A stretch of DNA of 64,000 nt from Candidatus Hydrogenedentota bacterium (GTDB taxonomy: Bacteria; Hydrogenedentota; Hydrogenedentia; Hydrogenedentales; SLHB01), in NCBI GenBank assembly GCA_045863295.1, contig BTWA01000028.1:22228-86227 (forward strand). The letters run 5' to 3'. Shown here in pieces: positions 1-10,016 of the stretch (the first letter of the stretch is position 1; every line of letters begins with the position of its first letter). Made by a program: the position numbers and the translations under genes. Below the pieces are notes generated by a model. It searched no databases. It saw only the letters and a list, made by a program, of their open reading frames with translations, and was not told where the DNA came from.

Positions 1-499
1 CAGGAAAGCCCCCGGCTTGCTCAAACGCGGAGCGGCGAAACAAAGCGCAGCCGCCGCACGATTCCACCGCGCCTTCGTCAGCCGGCCAATCCAGTTCGAG
101 CACCTGGTGCCAGAGTCCGTCGTTCACTTCCTCAAGAATCCCGCAAACGGCCGCCGCAACCGGATGGTCCGCCATGAACGCGGCGGCGGTCGCCGGCCAA
201 GCGGGGTGCAATACCATGTCTCCATCGACAAAATGCAGATAGACGCCGCGCGCATGGGCCGCGCCATGATTCCGGTTCTCGGCCGCGCGCCGCCTCTTTT
301 CGCCGCCCACCACTCGATTCACGCCAATCCGTTCTGCAATGGCGGCACTGCCGTCGGTGGAAGCACCGTCGGCGTAAATGATCTCCCACGACCACCCCTC
401 CAAATGGGCGTCCTGAATGGACCGGAGGCAGGCCTCGAGGTGGCGAGATTCGTTGTATCCAATCACAATGAAGGAAATGTCGATGGCGTCGGGAGACAT
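1..499 (-). CDS. Glycosyltransferase family 2 (partial, runs off window start; absent from ORF track)
   Basis: Manual translation from ATG at 499: MSPDAIDISFIVIGYNESRHLEACLRSI...EIIYADGASTDGS...ENRNHGAAHARGVYLHFVDGD. Typical GT-A N-terminus with DxD-like VDGD. Confidence 0.9.
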   Translation of the reverse strand, partial: MSPDAIDISFIVIGYNESRHLEACLRSIQDAHLEGWSWEIIYADGASTDGSAAIAERIGVNRVVGGEKRRRAAENRNHGAAHARGVYLHFVDGDMVLHPAWPATAAAFMADHPVAAAVCGILEEVNDGLWHQVLELDWPADEGAVESCGGCALFRRSAFEQAGGFP

Positions 500-561
500 G
501 TTCAACTCAGGTTAAAGGGGGCGGTGCGGCGCATGTTGTACATCGAAACGTGCGATGTTTT

Positions 562-595
562 CCACTTTGTGCCTTCTGGCGCAGGCACAAAGTGG
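562..595. promoter_or_regulatory. Perfect 13-bp inverted repeat between divergent GT2 genes (operator candidate)
   Basis: CCACTTTGTGCCT-N8-AGGCACAAAGTGG in the 160-bp divergent intergenic gap. Confidence 0.5.
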
Positions 596-658
596 CTTGA
601 GACCAAGGGTTTCGCTACACTCTGGGAGGGTTTGCAGCCGAATCGAGGTTTTCTAGCC

Positions 659-1867
659 GTGTCAATTCTAATCGAGATATTGCTCTTCTTATGGGCAATT
701 CCCCTCGGCCTTATTGTGACGTATCAGGCCATCGTCACCGGGGCCGCCTACGCGTACCGGCCGCAGCGATCCATCGGCGCGGAACCCTTGCGATTCGCGG
801 TAGTGGTGCCCGCGCACAACGAGGCAACCGAGATTGCGGCCACTGTTCATGGAATTCAAAAACAGGAATATCCCGAGGACAAGTTCCGGCTGTTTGTGTT
901 GGCGGACAACTGCACCGACCAAACCGCGCGCGAGGCGGCCAAGGCCGGATCCGAAGTTATTGAACGCACGGATCCGCATAATCGTGGCAAAGGCCAGGCG
1001 TTGCATTGGTTGTTTGGATCCCAATTGGCCCGGTTTAAGGACTTCGAGGCCGTCGCCTTGGTGGATGCGGACACAGAAGTCAGCCCCACCTTTCTCCAAT
1101 CCATGTCGGATACCTTGCACGTGCCGGGGGTGAGAGCCGCGCAGGGCCTTTACCGTGTCAAGAATCCGGGCGAGAATTGGCGTACGGCCCTGACATTTGC
1201 GGGATTCTCCATCGTAAACTGCCTGCGGCCCATGGGCCGCTCCCACCTCGGTGGAACCGCTGACTTAAAGGGCAACGGCATGGCACTACGGATGGATCTC
1301 GTCCGCGAATTCGGCTACCCCGCCCAAACGCCTGTTGAAGATACGGAGTTCGCCCTTCTTCTCCTCTTGTCCGGCTACCGGGTGGCCTTTGCCGAGGATG
1401 CGGTAGTGCTTTCGGAAATGCCCGCGACCCGGACCCAGGCGGAATCCCAGCGAAAACGGTGGGAGGGCGGCCGGATGCTGCTGCTGAAAATGTTTGTTCC
1501 GAAATTGTTGAGGCGGTTTACGAAATCCTTCGATCCTGCGCTCCTGGATGCGGCCCTCGATCTGTGCACCCCACCACTAACCCTTCTGGTAGCCATCGAA
1601 TTGGCCGGATTTGCGGCCTCGTGTCTGGGCGGCCCGGTTTGGATGGCCGTATTTGGATCGCTGCTGTTACTGACCGCATTGCAGGTGACTTCCGCGCTCT
1701 ATGTGAACAAAGCGCCCGGCCGCGTGTGGATGGCCCTGGCAGCCGCACCCCTATTCATCTTCTGGAAGATTCCCTTATATTTGCGGATCGCATCCCAAGG
1801 ATCGCCCAAAACTTGGGAGCGCACTCAAAGGCGCGCCGAAGCCGAGAATCACGACACCAAAAGCTGA
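659..1867 (+). CDS. Membrane-bound glycosyltransferase family 2 (cellulose synthase/PgaC-like)
   Basis: VVVPAHNE, ADNCTD, VDAD, ED and QRKRW motifs plus N- and C-terminal TM helices. Likely start is GTG 659; the ORF-track extension 17-658 is mostly antisense to the upstream GT2. Confidence 0.9.
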   Translation: MSILIEILLFLWAIPLGLIVTYQAIVTGAAYAYRPQRSIGAEPLRFAVVVPAHNEATEIAATVHGIQKQEYPEDKFRLFVLADNCTDQTAREAAKAGSEVIERTDPHNRGKGQALHWLFGSQLARFKDFEAVALVDADTEVSPTFLQSMSDTLHVPGVRAAQGLYRVKNPGENWRTALTFAGFSIVNCLRPMGRSHLGGTADLKGNGMALRMDLVREFGYPAQTPVEDTEFALLLLLSGYRVAFAEDAVVLSEMPATRTQAESQRKRWEGGRMLLLKMFVPKLLRRFTKSFDPALLDAALDLCTPPLTLLVAIELAGFAASCLGGPVWMAVFGSLLLLTALQVTSALYVNKAPGRVWMALAAAPLFIFWKIPLYLRIASQGSPKTWERTQRRAEAENHDTKS

Positions 1868-1946
1868 GCGTCTTGATGAACGGCGAATGCGCCGGGCACG
1901 GGCACTTTCACTTATCGCATTGCACTCTGATTTGAGGAAACAGCCA

Positions 1947-3134
1947 TTGAAACAAGCCGTACATTTTGGAGCAGGTAATATAGGCAGGGGGTTCCTGGGT
2001 CAGTTGTATTTCGAATCCGGGTATCACACCACATTCATCGATGTGTCGGACGATCTCGTTGAGGGATTGAACAAGCACGGAGGATATCCACTTCGAATTG
2101 TCGGCGACGACATTCGCGAAGTATCCATTGGCGAGTGCTCTGCAATCCACGGCCGGGATTTCGACGCAGTCGCGGCGGCTTTGGCACAAACGGACCTGGC
2201 GTCTACCGCCGTCGGACAGGCCGCACTGCCACATATTGCGCCGCTGATTGCACGAGGCATTCAACGGCGGTTTTCCGATGATCGTGCTGCCCCGCTGAAT
2301 GTCATCATTTGCGAAAACCTGTTGGATGCCGCAAACGTGGTTCGCCAGATGATCCGCGCTCACTTGCCGGAAGCATGGCACGCGACGCTGGACAGCCACG
2401 TTGGGCTTGTGGAGGCCTCAATTGGCCGAATGGTGCCCATTATGACGATGGAACAGCGAGCCGAGAGTCCCTTGTTGGTCTGTGTGGAACCGTATTGTGA
2501 ACTGCCCGTGGACGCAAACGGTTTCAAAGGAGACATCCCACCGCTCAACCATTTGAAACCGCAGGAAAACTTCACGGCCTACGTGGAGCGAAAACTGTTT
2601 GTACACAATGCCGGCCACGCCTGTGCGGCCTACCTGGGATATTTGCGGGGCCACGAGTATATCTGGCAAGCCATGGGTGACGGCGCGGTTCGCCGCGAAG
2701 TGGAAAAAGCCATGCACGAATCCTGTCTCGGCTTGCACGCCCGGCACGGCATGGACCTGTCCGCCCTCACGGAGCATGCCGCGGATTTGATTCATCGATT
2801 TCAAAACAAGGCCCTAGGCGATCAGGTATTGCGTGTGGCGGCCGACCCCGTGCGCAAGCTCGGACCCAAGGATCGACTGATTGGAGCGTGCCACATGTGT
2901 CTGGACCAGAATGTCGAGCCGCGTAGTCTTGCGTTTGCAGCAGCCGCCGCCATGCGGTACGATCCACCGTCCGACAAAGCAGCGGAAATGGTGCAGCGCA
3001 TCTTTCACGAAAGCCATATGGATGGCGTGATGCGTGAAGTCTGCCGCGTTTCGGCCGATTCACCACTGGGCCGTTTGATAGCGGAGCAACATAACCGGCT
3101 TTCCCGAGAGGGATGGCTGCGGAAAAAGGCGTGA
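1947..3134 (+). CDS. mtlD: Mannitol-1-phosphate 5-dehydrogenase family
   Basis: HFGAGNIGRGF, ICENL, GRMVP, ERKLFVHNAGHA, RVAADPVRKL motifs. TTG start after GAGGA. Confidence 0.8.
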   Translation: MKQAVHFGAGNIGRGFLGQLYFESGYHTTFIDVSDDLVEGLNKHGGYPLRIVGDDIREVSIGECSAIHGRDFDAVAAALAQTDLASTAVGQAALPHIAPLIARGIQRRFSDDRAAPLNVIICENLLDAANVVRQMIRAHLPEAWHATLDSHVGLVEASIGRMVPIMTMEQRAESPLLVCVEPYCELPVDANGFKGDIPPLNHLKPQENFTAYVERKLFVHNAGHACAAYLGYLRGHEYIWQAMGDGAVRREVEKAMHESCLGLHARHGMDLSALTEHAADLIHRFQNKALGDQVLRVAADPVRKLGPKDRLIGACHMCLDQNVEPRSLAFAAAAAMRYDPPSDKAAEMVQRIFHESHMDGVMREVCRVSADSPLGRLIAEQHNRLSREGWLRKKA

Positions 3135-3207
3135 GCGCCCATTGTATGGGTCTGCCGCCTGTCGCACGCGTAAATAACTGTTTCACAACCGATCGATAGG
3201 AATCGCC

Positions 3208-4530
3208 ATGCAGGAAGTTTTGCTACCCCAACTGGGACAGTCCGTGGAAGAAGCGTCCATCGTTGCGTGGATTCGCAAGGAAGGCGAAGCAGTAAAAAAA
3301 GGCGATCCGCTGTTTACCGTTCAAACCGATAAGGCAGAAATTGAATGCGAGTCAACGGCGGAAGGCGTGTTGAGAAAGATACTTGTACAACCGGACACGC
3401 TGGTTCCGGTCATGACCGTCGTGGCCTTGGTAGGCAAAGTCGATGAAGCGCTCCCCGACTTGAGCAAGTACGGATCCACCCGGACAACCCCGTCTGCGCC
3501 GGCCACGCCGTCGGCCGAGTCCCCGGCTCCCGTGCCGGTCGCGGTTACGCAAGCCCCCCCTGCCCTGCTACCGCAAACCGACAAAGTACCGGTGTCGCCC
3601 CGCGCCCGCCGAACCGCCGCTGAAATGAAGATCAACCCGGCGCTTGTGGCGGGATCCGGCGTCGAAGGCCGAGTGATGGAAGCTGACGTCAAGGCCTTCG
3701 CAGAGTCAATAAGCGCTGTTAAGATGACGCCTACCGCGCGCCGGATGGCGCTGGCTAGCGGAGTCGATCCCCGCGGTTTAAGCGGAACTGGCCCCGGAGG
3801 CAAGATTACCAAGGCCGATGTCGGCGCGCCTAAGGGCGGGCTTGGACCCGCTCCGGAAAGGCCGGCCGCGGGCGACGTGCAGCGAGTTCCATTGACTCCT
3901 ATGCGCAAAATAATCGCCAGGCGCATGGCGGAAAGTCTCTTCAGCGCCCCGCATTACTATGTCACGATTGAAGTTGATATGGCAGCGTGCGCCCAATTCC
4001 GTGGCGCCTTGCCGTTTAAGGTCTCCTACAACGACCTGTTGTTACGTGCTGTTTGCCGCGCCTTGGAACATCATCCCATGGTCAATGCGCGTTGGGCGGG
4101 CGAAGCCATTGAGATTGTAGGAGACGTAAACCTCGGCGTTGCAGTCGCGCTGGACGCCGGACTGATTGTGCCGGTTGTGAAGCAAGTTCAGCGCATGTCC
4201 CTCCAGGACATTGCCCGGGAGAGCAAAGCGCTTATCGACAAGGCCCGCACCAATAAACTCACGCCAGACGATTACAGTGGCAGCACTTTTACCATCTCGA
4301 ATCTGGGTGTATTCGGCGTCGATCATTTTACGGCGATTATCAACCAGCCCGACAGCGCCATCCTCGCCGTGGGGCAGATCAAAGATACGCCCGTCGTTAT
4401 TGACGGCGGTATCCACGTGCGTCCAGTAATGAAACTGACAATGTCGAGCGATCATCGTGTGATCGATGGCTCGCTGGCAGCTCAGTTCATGGGCACGTTG
4501 AAGCAGATCCTGGAATCAGCGGATTTCTGA
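3208..4530 (+). CDS. 2-oxoacid dehydrogenase E2 dihydrolipoamide acyltransferase
   Basis: Lipoyl domain TDKA, two E3-binding domains, FTISNLG, catalytic DHRVIDG. Confidence 0.92.
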   Translation: MQEVLLPQLGQSVEEASIVAWIRKEGEAVKKGDPLFTVQTDKAEIECESTAEGVLRKILVQPDTLVPVMTVVALVGKVDEALPDLSKYGSTRTTPSAPATPSAESPAPVPVAVTQAPPALLPQTDKVPVSPRARRTAAEMKINPALVAGSGVEGRVMEADVKAFAESISAVKMTPTARRMALASGVDPRGLSGTGPGGKITKADVGAPKGGLGPAPERPAAGDVQRVPLTPMRKIIARRMAESLFSAPHYYVTIEVDMAACAQFRGALPFKVSYNDLLLRAVCRALEHHPMVNARWAGEAIEIVGDVNLGVAVALDAGLIVPVVKQVQRMSLQDIARESKALIDKARTNKLTPDDYSGSTFTISNLGVFGVDHFTAIINQPDSAILAVGQIKDTPVVIDGGIHVRPVMKLTMSSDHRVIDGSLAAQFMGTLKQILESADF

Positions 4531-4589
4531 AGCGGAAACCCATCGTATATACGTGATGCGGTGCAACCCAACCAAGACAAGGCATTACA

Positions 4590-5984
4590 ATGAGCAGCAT
4601 GTATGACGTAGCGGTGATTGGCGCGGGGCCGGGCGGGTATGTCGCGGCCGTCCGGGCGGCGCAGTTGGGTGGCAGAGTCGCCGTAATCGAAAAAGCCGAA
4701 TTGGGCGGAGTATGTCTGAACTGGGGATGCATCCCCACCAAAACGCTTATCTACGCGGGCGAGCTCTTCAAGAAGCTAAAGAAACCGGAGCAATACGGCA
4801 TCAGCGCGGACAATGTGCGTCTAAACCTGGACCCGCTTATGAAGCGCAAAGAACAAGTAGTGCGCGGCAACCGGGCGGCCGTAAAGAACCTGTTTACAAC
4901 GAATGGAATCGACCATATTCAAGGGGAAGCGCAACTCACCGGCCCCAAGGAAATCACCGTCAACGGAGAAATCGTTCGCGCCAATTCCGTAATCATTGCG
5001 ACAGGCAGTTCGTCCGCTGGATTGCCAGGAATCGCGCTGGATGGAAAGCGGGTCATAACGTCCACTGAAGCGCTGGAACTGCGGGAACTGCCGGAACGTA
5101 TTGCCGTGATCGGGGCGGGCGCTATCGGCATGGAATTCGCCTCCCTATGGAATATCTGGGGCGCGAAGATGACTGTCCTGGAACTCATGCCCCGCATACT
5201 TCCGCTTGAAGATGAAGAAGTCAGCGCATACATGCACTCGCTGTTCAAAAAGCGCGGCATGGATATCCGGGTTGGGACGATGGTGTCAAAACTGGATGCG
5301 CGTACTGATGGTATTAAATTGACTTTGGAAGGCGAACACCCTGGAACCGTGGATACCGACCTCGTATTGGTTGCCGTGGGACGAAGATTCCACTCCGAAG
5401 TAGTGACCAAAACTCCGGGGCTGGGCGTCGAAGTCACGCCTCGCGGCGCGATCATCGTGAACGAGCGCATGGAAACCACGCTGCCGGGAGTGTATGCCAT
5501 TGGCGACGTGACTGCAAAGACGCTATTGGCGCACGGAGCCTCAAACGAAGGATTGATTGCGGCCGCAAACGCCATGGGCGGCAACAAACAAATGGACTAT
5601 CGCGTCATCCCCGCATGCACGTTTACGTCGCCGGAGGTGGCGCACGTGGGCATGACGGAAGCGCAAGCCCGTGCGACCGGTCGCGACATTCACGTGGGCC
5701 GCTTTGGCTTCTCGCACAGTGGACGCGCCTTCACTATGGCCGACACGGAAGGATTCGCAAAAATCATCGGTGACGCGGGAACGGATGAGGTGCTTGGTGT
5801 GCATATCTGCGGGCCGGAAGCCGGTGAACTCATCGCACCGGCCGCCTTGGCCATGCGCCTGGAAGCCACCGTAGAGGAACTATTCGATACGGTGTATACC
5901 CATCCGACACTTTCCGAAGTGCTCATGGAAGCGGCGGGAGACTATTTCTCGCTTGGCATTCACACACCACCCAAACGCGGATAA
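4590..5984 (+). CDS. lpdA: Dihydrolipoamide dehydrogenase (E3)
   Basis: GAGPGG FAD motif, GGVCLNWGCIPTK redox disulfide, HPTLSE. Confidence 0.95.
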   Translation: MSSMYDVAVIGAGPGGYVAAVRAAQLGGRVAVIEKAELGGVCLNWGCIPTKTLIYAGELFKKLKKPEQYGISADNVRLNLDPLMKRKEQVVRGNRAAVKNLFTTNGIDHIQGEAQLTGPKEITVNGEIVRANSVIIATGSSSAGLPGIALDGKRVITSTEALELRELPERIAVIGAGAIGMEFASLWNIWGAKMTVLELMPRILPLEDEEVSAYMHSLFKKRGMDIRVGTMVSKLDARTDGIKLTLEGEHPGTVDTDLVLVAVGRRFHSEVVTKTPGLGVEVTPRGAIIVNERMETTLPGVYAIGDVTAKTLLAHGASNEGLIAAANAMGGNKQMDYRVIPACTFTSPEVAHVGMTEAQARATGRDIHVGRFGFSHSGRAFTMADTEGFAKIIGDAGTDEVLGVHICGPEAGELIAPAALAMRLEATVEELFDTVYTHPTLSEVLMEAAGDYFSLGIHTPPKRG

Positions 5985-6099
5985 ATCAAATCGACTGACC
6001 AGTTCCTGAACACGGTATGTTCAAGTCCTGAACATGTCCGCGCATGTTCTTCGTGCGTCAATCAACCGGTTCGTGCGATTTCTCCAGCAAATTCGCACT

Positions 6100-6115
6100 T
6101 GGTACAGTTCCTGCT
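6100..6115 (+). promoter_or_regulatory. Putative sigma-54 (-24/-12) promoter
   Basis: TGGTACAGTTCCTGCT has the GG-N10-GC spacing; palindromes lie upstream at 6007-6049. Confidence 0.4.
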
Positions 6116-6214
6116 TTACTACATTTGCCGCTCAATGGATCGCTTCGCGACATTGGCAGGCAAAATGTCTGTTTGTATCGTGCAGATTACAACACAGTTT
6201 GTGGAGCTGTCCAA

Positions 6215-6616
6215 ATGCGTACTCGGAATCCGTCCACCGTGTCATGCCGTTCGAACTTCAAACGCAGGGTCGTAGCCGTTCTCGGCGGCGTGTCGTCGCT
6301 GATTCTGACGCTAGGCTGTCCGATTCAGATTCCCTCGGTGGCAGGGGCCTGGAACCTAAAACTGGACGCAAATTGCGATAAGGCAGGAATTGTCCAAGAG
6401 GTTTTGACGTTGGCCGGGAAGGACAGTGCGTATGTAGAGGCATCGATTTCCGGAGTATGGGAAAAAGATGGTGAGTTTATCGAAGTAACGCTTGGATTCC
6501 CTATGGGTGAATCGTTGCGGCTGCGAGGCATGGTCAGCGGAAACACCATGGAAGGCACGTTCGATTATTCCAAATCCTTGGTGACCGGGTGTTGGACAGC
6601 AACGCGCGCGAACTAA
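6215..6616 (+). CDS. Hypothetical exported/lipoprotein (beta-rich)
   Basis: Hydrophobic segment ending LTLGC (lipobox-like), then short beta-strand pattern with two further Cys. Start uncertain. Confidence 0.55.
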   Translation: MRTRNPSTVSCRSNFKRRVVAVLGGVSSLILTLGCPIQIPSVAGAWNLKLDANCDKAGIVQEVLTLAGKDSAYVEASISGVWEKDGEFIEVTLGFPMGESLRLRGMVSGNTMEGTFDYSKSLVTGCWTATRAN

Positions 6617-6625
6617 TGCATATGA

Positions 6626-7501
6626 ATGTTCATTACCACAGGTAACGGGAGAAATCGTATGACAGGCCAAGAAAAGGTAATGCGTTGGGGCATAACGGAA
6701 TGTCTCCCCTTGCTCGCTGTTGCAGCAGCAATCGTGCTGCTATGTACGAGTACCACGGCCGCGGCGGCGCCCAGACCTGAACTCCAGGGAACATTACTTG
6801 TGAATATTTTTCCTCTAGAAGCGGTGAGCGCTGGTGCGCAATGGTCCGCGAGTAACGGCTTGATGCAGACCGGATGGCTGAACAGCGGTGCCGCAGCGTT
6901 CCTTGATCAAGGTGTTTATACGATTTCGTTCGCGCCCGTTGCGGGGTGGATTGCGCCTTCGCCCATCCAGGTTCAGCTAACCAACAGCGTCCTTGCTGAA
7001 TCCGGCACGTATCAAGCCGAGAATGAAGCCCAAACGCTTTCCCCTCCTCAAAATGTAAGCGCAACCGATGGAACCTTCGTCGATTTCGTTCGAATTACCT
7101 GGGATGGGGTGGACGGCGCAACCGGATACGAAGTCTTTCGTGAAGATACGGAAAAACCGGAAATCGAACAGCCCATCGCGACCGTTACCACAACGACCTA
7201 CGACGACACCTCCGCCGGCGAGAGCCAGCTCCTGCAGGCAAATTGCCAGCCGTATCCCGACTATGTCGTGCATACTTACCGTGTACGCGCTTTTGACTCG
7301 AGTTCCACCAGCGTAGTCAGCGAACCGGACACGGGGTACCGCGGCATCGTGGGCGTAGATGACCCATCGAAGAAGGCCGGGCTTCTGTTTGCCTCTATAC
7401 CCACAAGGCACTTCGCCGGGGGAATCGGCATCCTGATTGCCGTTGCAGTCGTGCTTACCGGTCTGAATTCAACGGGACGGACCAAACGACAAACCGGTTA
7501 A
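6626..7501 (+). CDS. Secreted fibronectin-III-like protein with C-terminal membrane anchor
   Basis: Signal peptide; PPQNVSATDGT..VRITW..ATGYEVFR..YRVRA FnIII pattern; C-terminal hydrophobic helix followed by basic tail. Start may be downstream. Confidence 0.7.
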   Translation: MFITTGNGRNRMTGQEKVMRWGITECLPLLAVAAAIVLLCTSTTAAAAPRPELQGTLLVNIFPLEAVSAGAQWSASNGLMQTGWLNSGAAAFLDQGVYTISFAPVAGWIAPSPIQVQLTNSVLAESGTYQAENEAQTLSPPQNVSATDGTFVDFVRITWDGVDGATGYEVFREDTEKPEIEQPIATVTTTTYDDTSAGESQLLQANCQPYPDYVVHTYRVRAFDSSSTSVVSEPDTGYRGIVGVDDPSKKAGLLFASIPTRHFAGGIGILIAVAVVLTGLNSTGRTKRQTG

Positions 7502-7655
7502 TTTCCGCTCCGAAGCCACGCAAGTCTGGCCACATCGCCAAAGACAACGAGACTTTCTCAGTATTCACGCGTGCAGACCGCCGAAACGAGCCGATTGGCT
7601 CGACAATTTGGTCCTGTAGTCCGTATCATCTGCCGTTTGCAGCAGTGCCGCTCAA

Positions 7656-9959
7656 TTGAGTCACGGGAATCGGACGGTGGGGCCAAAACAGCGAAGAGTC
7701 TTGGAGCAATCCGTTTGTCTTGGGATCATTGCGATCTCGGCGGCGCTGTTGCTGTATCCAGCCATTTTGGGTGAAGCCACACCGGTTTCGCTCAGTCCGA
7801 TCTTTTCTTGGGCGCCATGGCAGGATGCCACACCCGATTCACTCCGTCCTTCTGTAGCGGATCGCGCTACCGATCCCGCCCAGAAATTTCTCCCCTGGTA
7901 CGTTTTTCTTAATACCGCTGGCTTCTCCGAAGACATCTTTTGGAACCCATATGAAGCCGGCGGAGTGCCGTTTTTTGCGCTTTGGCGGACACGTTGTCTC
8001 TCGCCGTTCTCGCTGCCGTTCTACGTGTTCGATCCTTTTATGGCCCTTTCAATTTCCTTGTTTGCGAAATTGCTCGTGGCCGGTGCAAGTGCTTTCTATG
8101 CGGCAAAGCGATTTGGTTTCGCGACGTCCATGGCGCTATTTGTCGGCCTCACCTTTCAGTTAAGTGCGCCTTTGGTCTTCTGGAGTGTCTGGCCGTTAGC
8201 CGATGTAATGCCATGGTTTCCTTTGCTCGTAATATTTTGCGAACGTCTCGCCCTTGGACATTACCGCACTTGGCCGTTGGGTGCGCTTACCTTGGTGCTC
8301 ATGTTGTTGGGTGGCGATCCGGAGTCGGTCCTCATGCTGCTGGCGTTCGGGGCCTGTTCTCTGGTGGTGCGTGCCGTAATGACGCGCTCCGGCGCGGGCT
8401 CGCTGCTTGGCGCCGTTTCCACGCTTATCGGTACCTTGTTTCTTGCATTGTGCGCAATGGCCCTACAGGCAGGACCGTTCCTTGAATGGTTGCGGGAAGC
8501 GGCATCCACGGGCCGCCCCGAGGCATTGACGTCCCCGGGATTGTCCGACCTGTCCGCTCTGCTATTTGCTCCTTACATGTCCTTATCCAATTCATGGGAA
8601 GCATGGCGAGGGCATACCCTGGTTGTTTCCCTATTGCACGCTGGTCTGGTTTCAACGTGGATGCTGGTGCTTTGGATTTCATTGCGACGCCTCGCCCATG
8701 TCGGAGAAAGGCGGCGCATCGAACCACTGCTGTTTTCAACTCTGCTGTTCACGGTGCTGGGGCTGGTCGTATATCCGGTGTTGCGGTCGTTGCCGCCGCT
8801 TGCTTGGCTGAATCCCGAGCACTTCTTGTTGACGAACGGGTTTATTCTCGCCATAGCCGCGGCGGCGACGGGCGAAGAATGGCTTCAACTGAAGGCAGAC
8901 GGATGCTCCGAAACGTTGAAACGATTCGGCGTCCGGTTGGCCGTCGTCGTTGCACTTGCCGGCGTGTTGGCGGCCATGAATTTCGGCGACAATTCATGGG
9001 GGCTTGAAGTCGGTCTGGGTGTGGTTTTGTTGGCCGGGCTGCTTGCCCTCATAGGAGCAACCCTACTGTACCCTTCCATACGCGTGCTGGGATATGGCAT
9101 GTCCGTCCTGGCCTTCTTGAATTTGTATCCGTTGGCCTCCTTAAACATGCCGTGGAGCGAACGCGACGCGTTCTTTCCCAACACGGAATTCGTTTCCTCG
9201 CTTGAAGAAACCGGCTCCCGTTTGTCGGGCAGCGAAGGGTTGGCCCAGTGGCCGTTGACCGCCCACTTCATTGCACAGTTTCATGCCTTCAGTGGGACAC
9301 AGACCAAACGTCATGCCCTGTTCGAATCGGCCTTGGCGCACGATGCACTTCTGTCCCGGCGCACGGGTTCTCCTTATTTGCTCCTGACACAGGCCGACAT
9401 TCAGGGCGCATTCGCGCAAATCAGACCGCACTTGCGCATCAAGCATGTATTCTCCTCCGGTGCAGTCTTGTTTGAAGATCCGGAGGGGTATCCGCGAACG
9501 TGGTTGGCATCCTCTGTTCAAGCTGTTGACTCACCCGACGCAACCAAAATCGCTTGGGAAGCGCCTCCCTTGATGGAGCATGTTGAAGTGCCGTTCGCCC
9601 CTGCGGAAGCCCCCGGCGTCGCACACATTGAGAGTCCGGAAACGCACACACGGCTTAAAGTGAATGTCGATTCCACGGCGCCAGGATTGCTTGTGCTGGC
9701 GGACAGTTGGTATCCCGGATGGACTGCAAAAGTGAATGACGTCGAGACCGAAGTATTGCCTGTCGACGCGATGTTTCGTGGCGTAGTGACGCCTGCGGGC
9801 AAAAGCAGCGTTGTCTTCGAATATGCGCCCAATTCCCTGGAATCGTGGGCGGTCGTATCGCTGCTCTCTTGGCTCATTATACTCGCCGGAATAGTCTATC
9901 TGTTGCCAGGGGCCATTCGCAGAATACGGCAGCAATCCTCTTGGTCTTGGATTGAGTAA
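7656..9959 (+). CDS. YfhO-family polytopic membrane protein (GT-C-like)
   Basis: WNPYEAGGVPF N-terminal motif, many TM helices, LVLADSWYPGWTAKVN...FRGV...VFEYAP C-terminal YfhO signature. Confidence 0.8.
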   Translation: MSHGNRTVGPKQRRVLEQSVCLGIIAISAALLLYPAILGEATPVSLSPIFSWAPWQDATPDSLRPSVADRATDPAQKFLPWYVFLNTAGFSEDIFWNPYEAGGVPFFALWRTRCLSPFSLPFYVFDPFMALSISLFAKLLVAGASAFYAAKRFGFATSMALFVGLTFQLSAPLVFWSVWPLADVMPWFPLLVIFCERLALGHYRTWPLGALTLVLMLLGGDPESVLMLLAFGACSLVVRAVMTRSGAGSLLGAVSTLIGTLFLALCAMALQAGPFLEWLREAASTGRPEALTSPGLSDLSALLFAPYMSLSNSWEAWRGHTLVVSLLHAGLVSTWMLVLWISLRRLAHVGERRRIEPLLFSTLLFTVLGLVVYPVLRSLPPLAWLNPEHFLLTNGFILAIAAAATGEEWLQLKADGCSETLKRFGVRLAVVVALAGVLAAMNFGDNSWGLEVGLGVVLLAGLLALIGATLLYPSIRVLGYGMSVLAFLNLYPLASLNMPWSERDAFFPNTEFVSSLEETGSRLSGSEGLAQWPLTAHFIAQFHAFSGTQTKRHALFESALAHDALLSRRTGSPYLLLTQADIQGAFAQIRPHLRIKHVFSSGAVLFEDPEGYPRTWLASSVQAVDSPDATKIAWEAPPLMEHVEVPFAPAEAPGVAHIESPETHTRLKVNVDSTAPGLLVLADSWYPGWTAKVNDVETEVLPVDAMFRGVVTPAGKSSVVFEYAPNSLESWAVVSLLSWLIILAGIVYLLPGAIRRIRQQSSWSWIE

Positions 9960-9961
9960 GT

Positions 9962-9999
9962 AAAAAAAGAAAACCCGCACAGAAACGCCTGTGCGGGTT
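9962..9999 (-). terminator. Intrinsic terminator between convergent genes
   Basis: AACCCGCACAG-N6-CTGTGCGGGTT stem; the A-run on the plus strand gives a U-tail on the minus strand. Confidence 0.75.
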
Positions 10000-10016
10000 G
10001 CAATAACTACGTACGA

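Noticed and set aside
17..658. 214-aa N-terminal extension of the 616-aa GT2 ORF
   Set aside because: Mostly the antisense shadow of the minus-strand GT2 at 1-499; the GT2 sequence starts near GTG 659.
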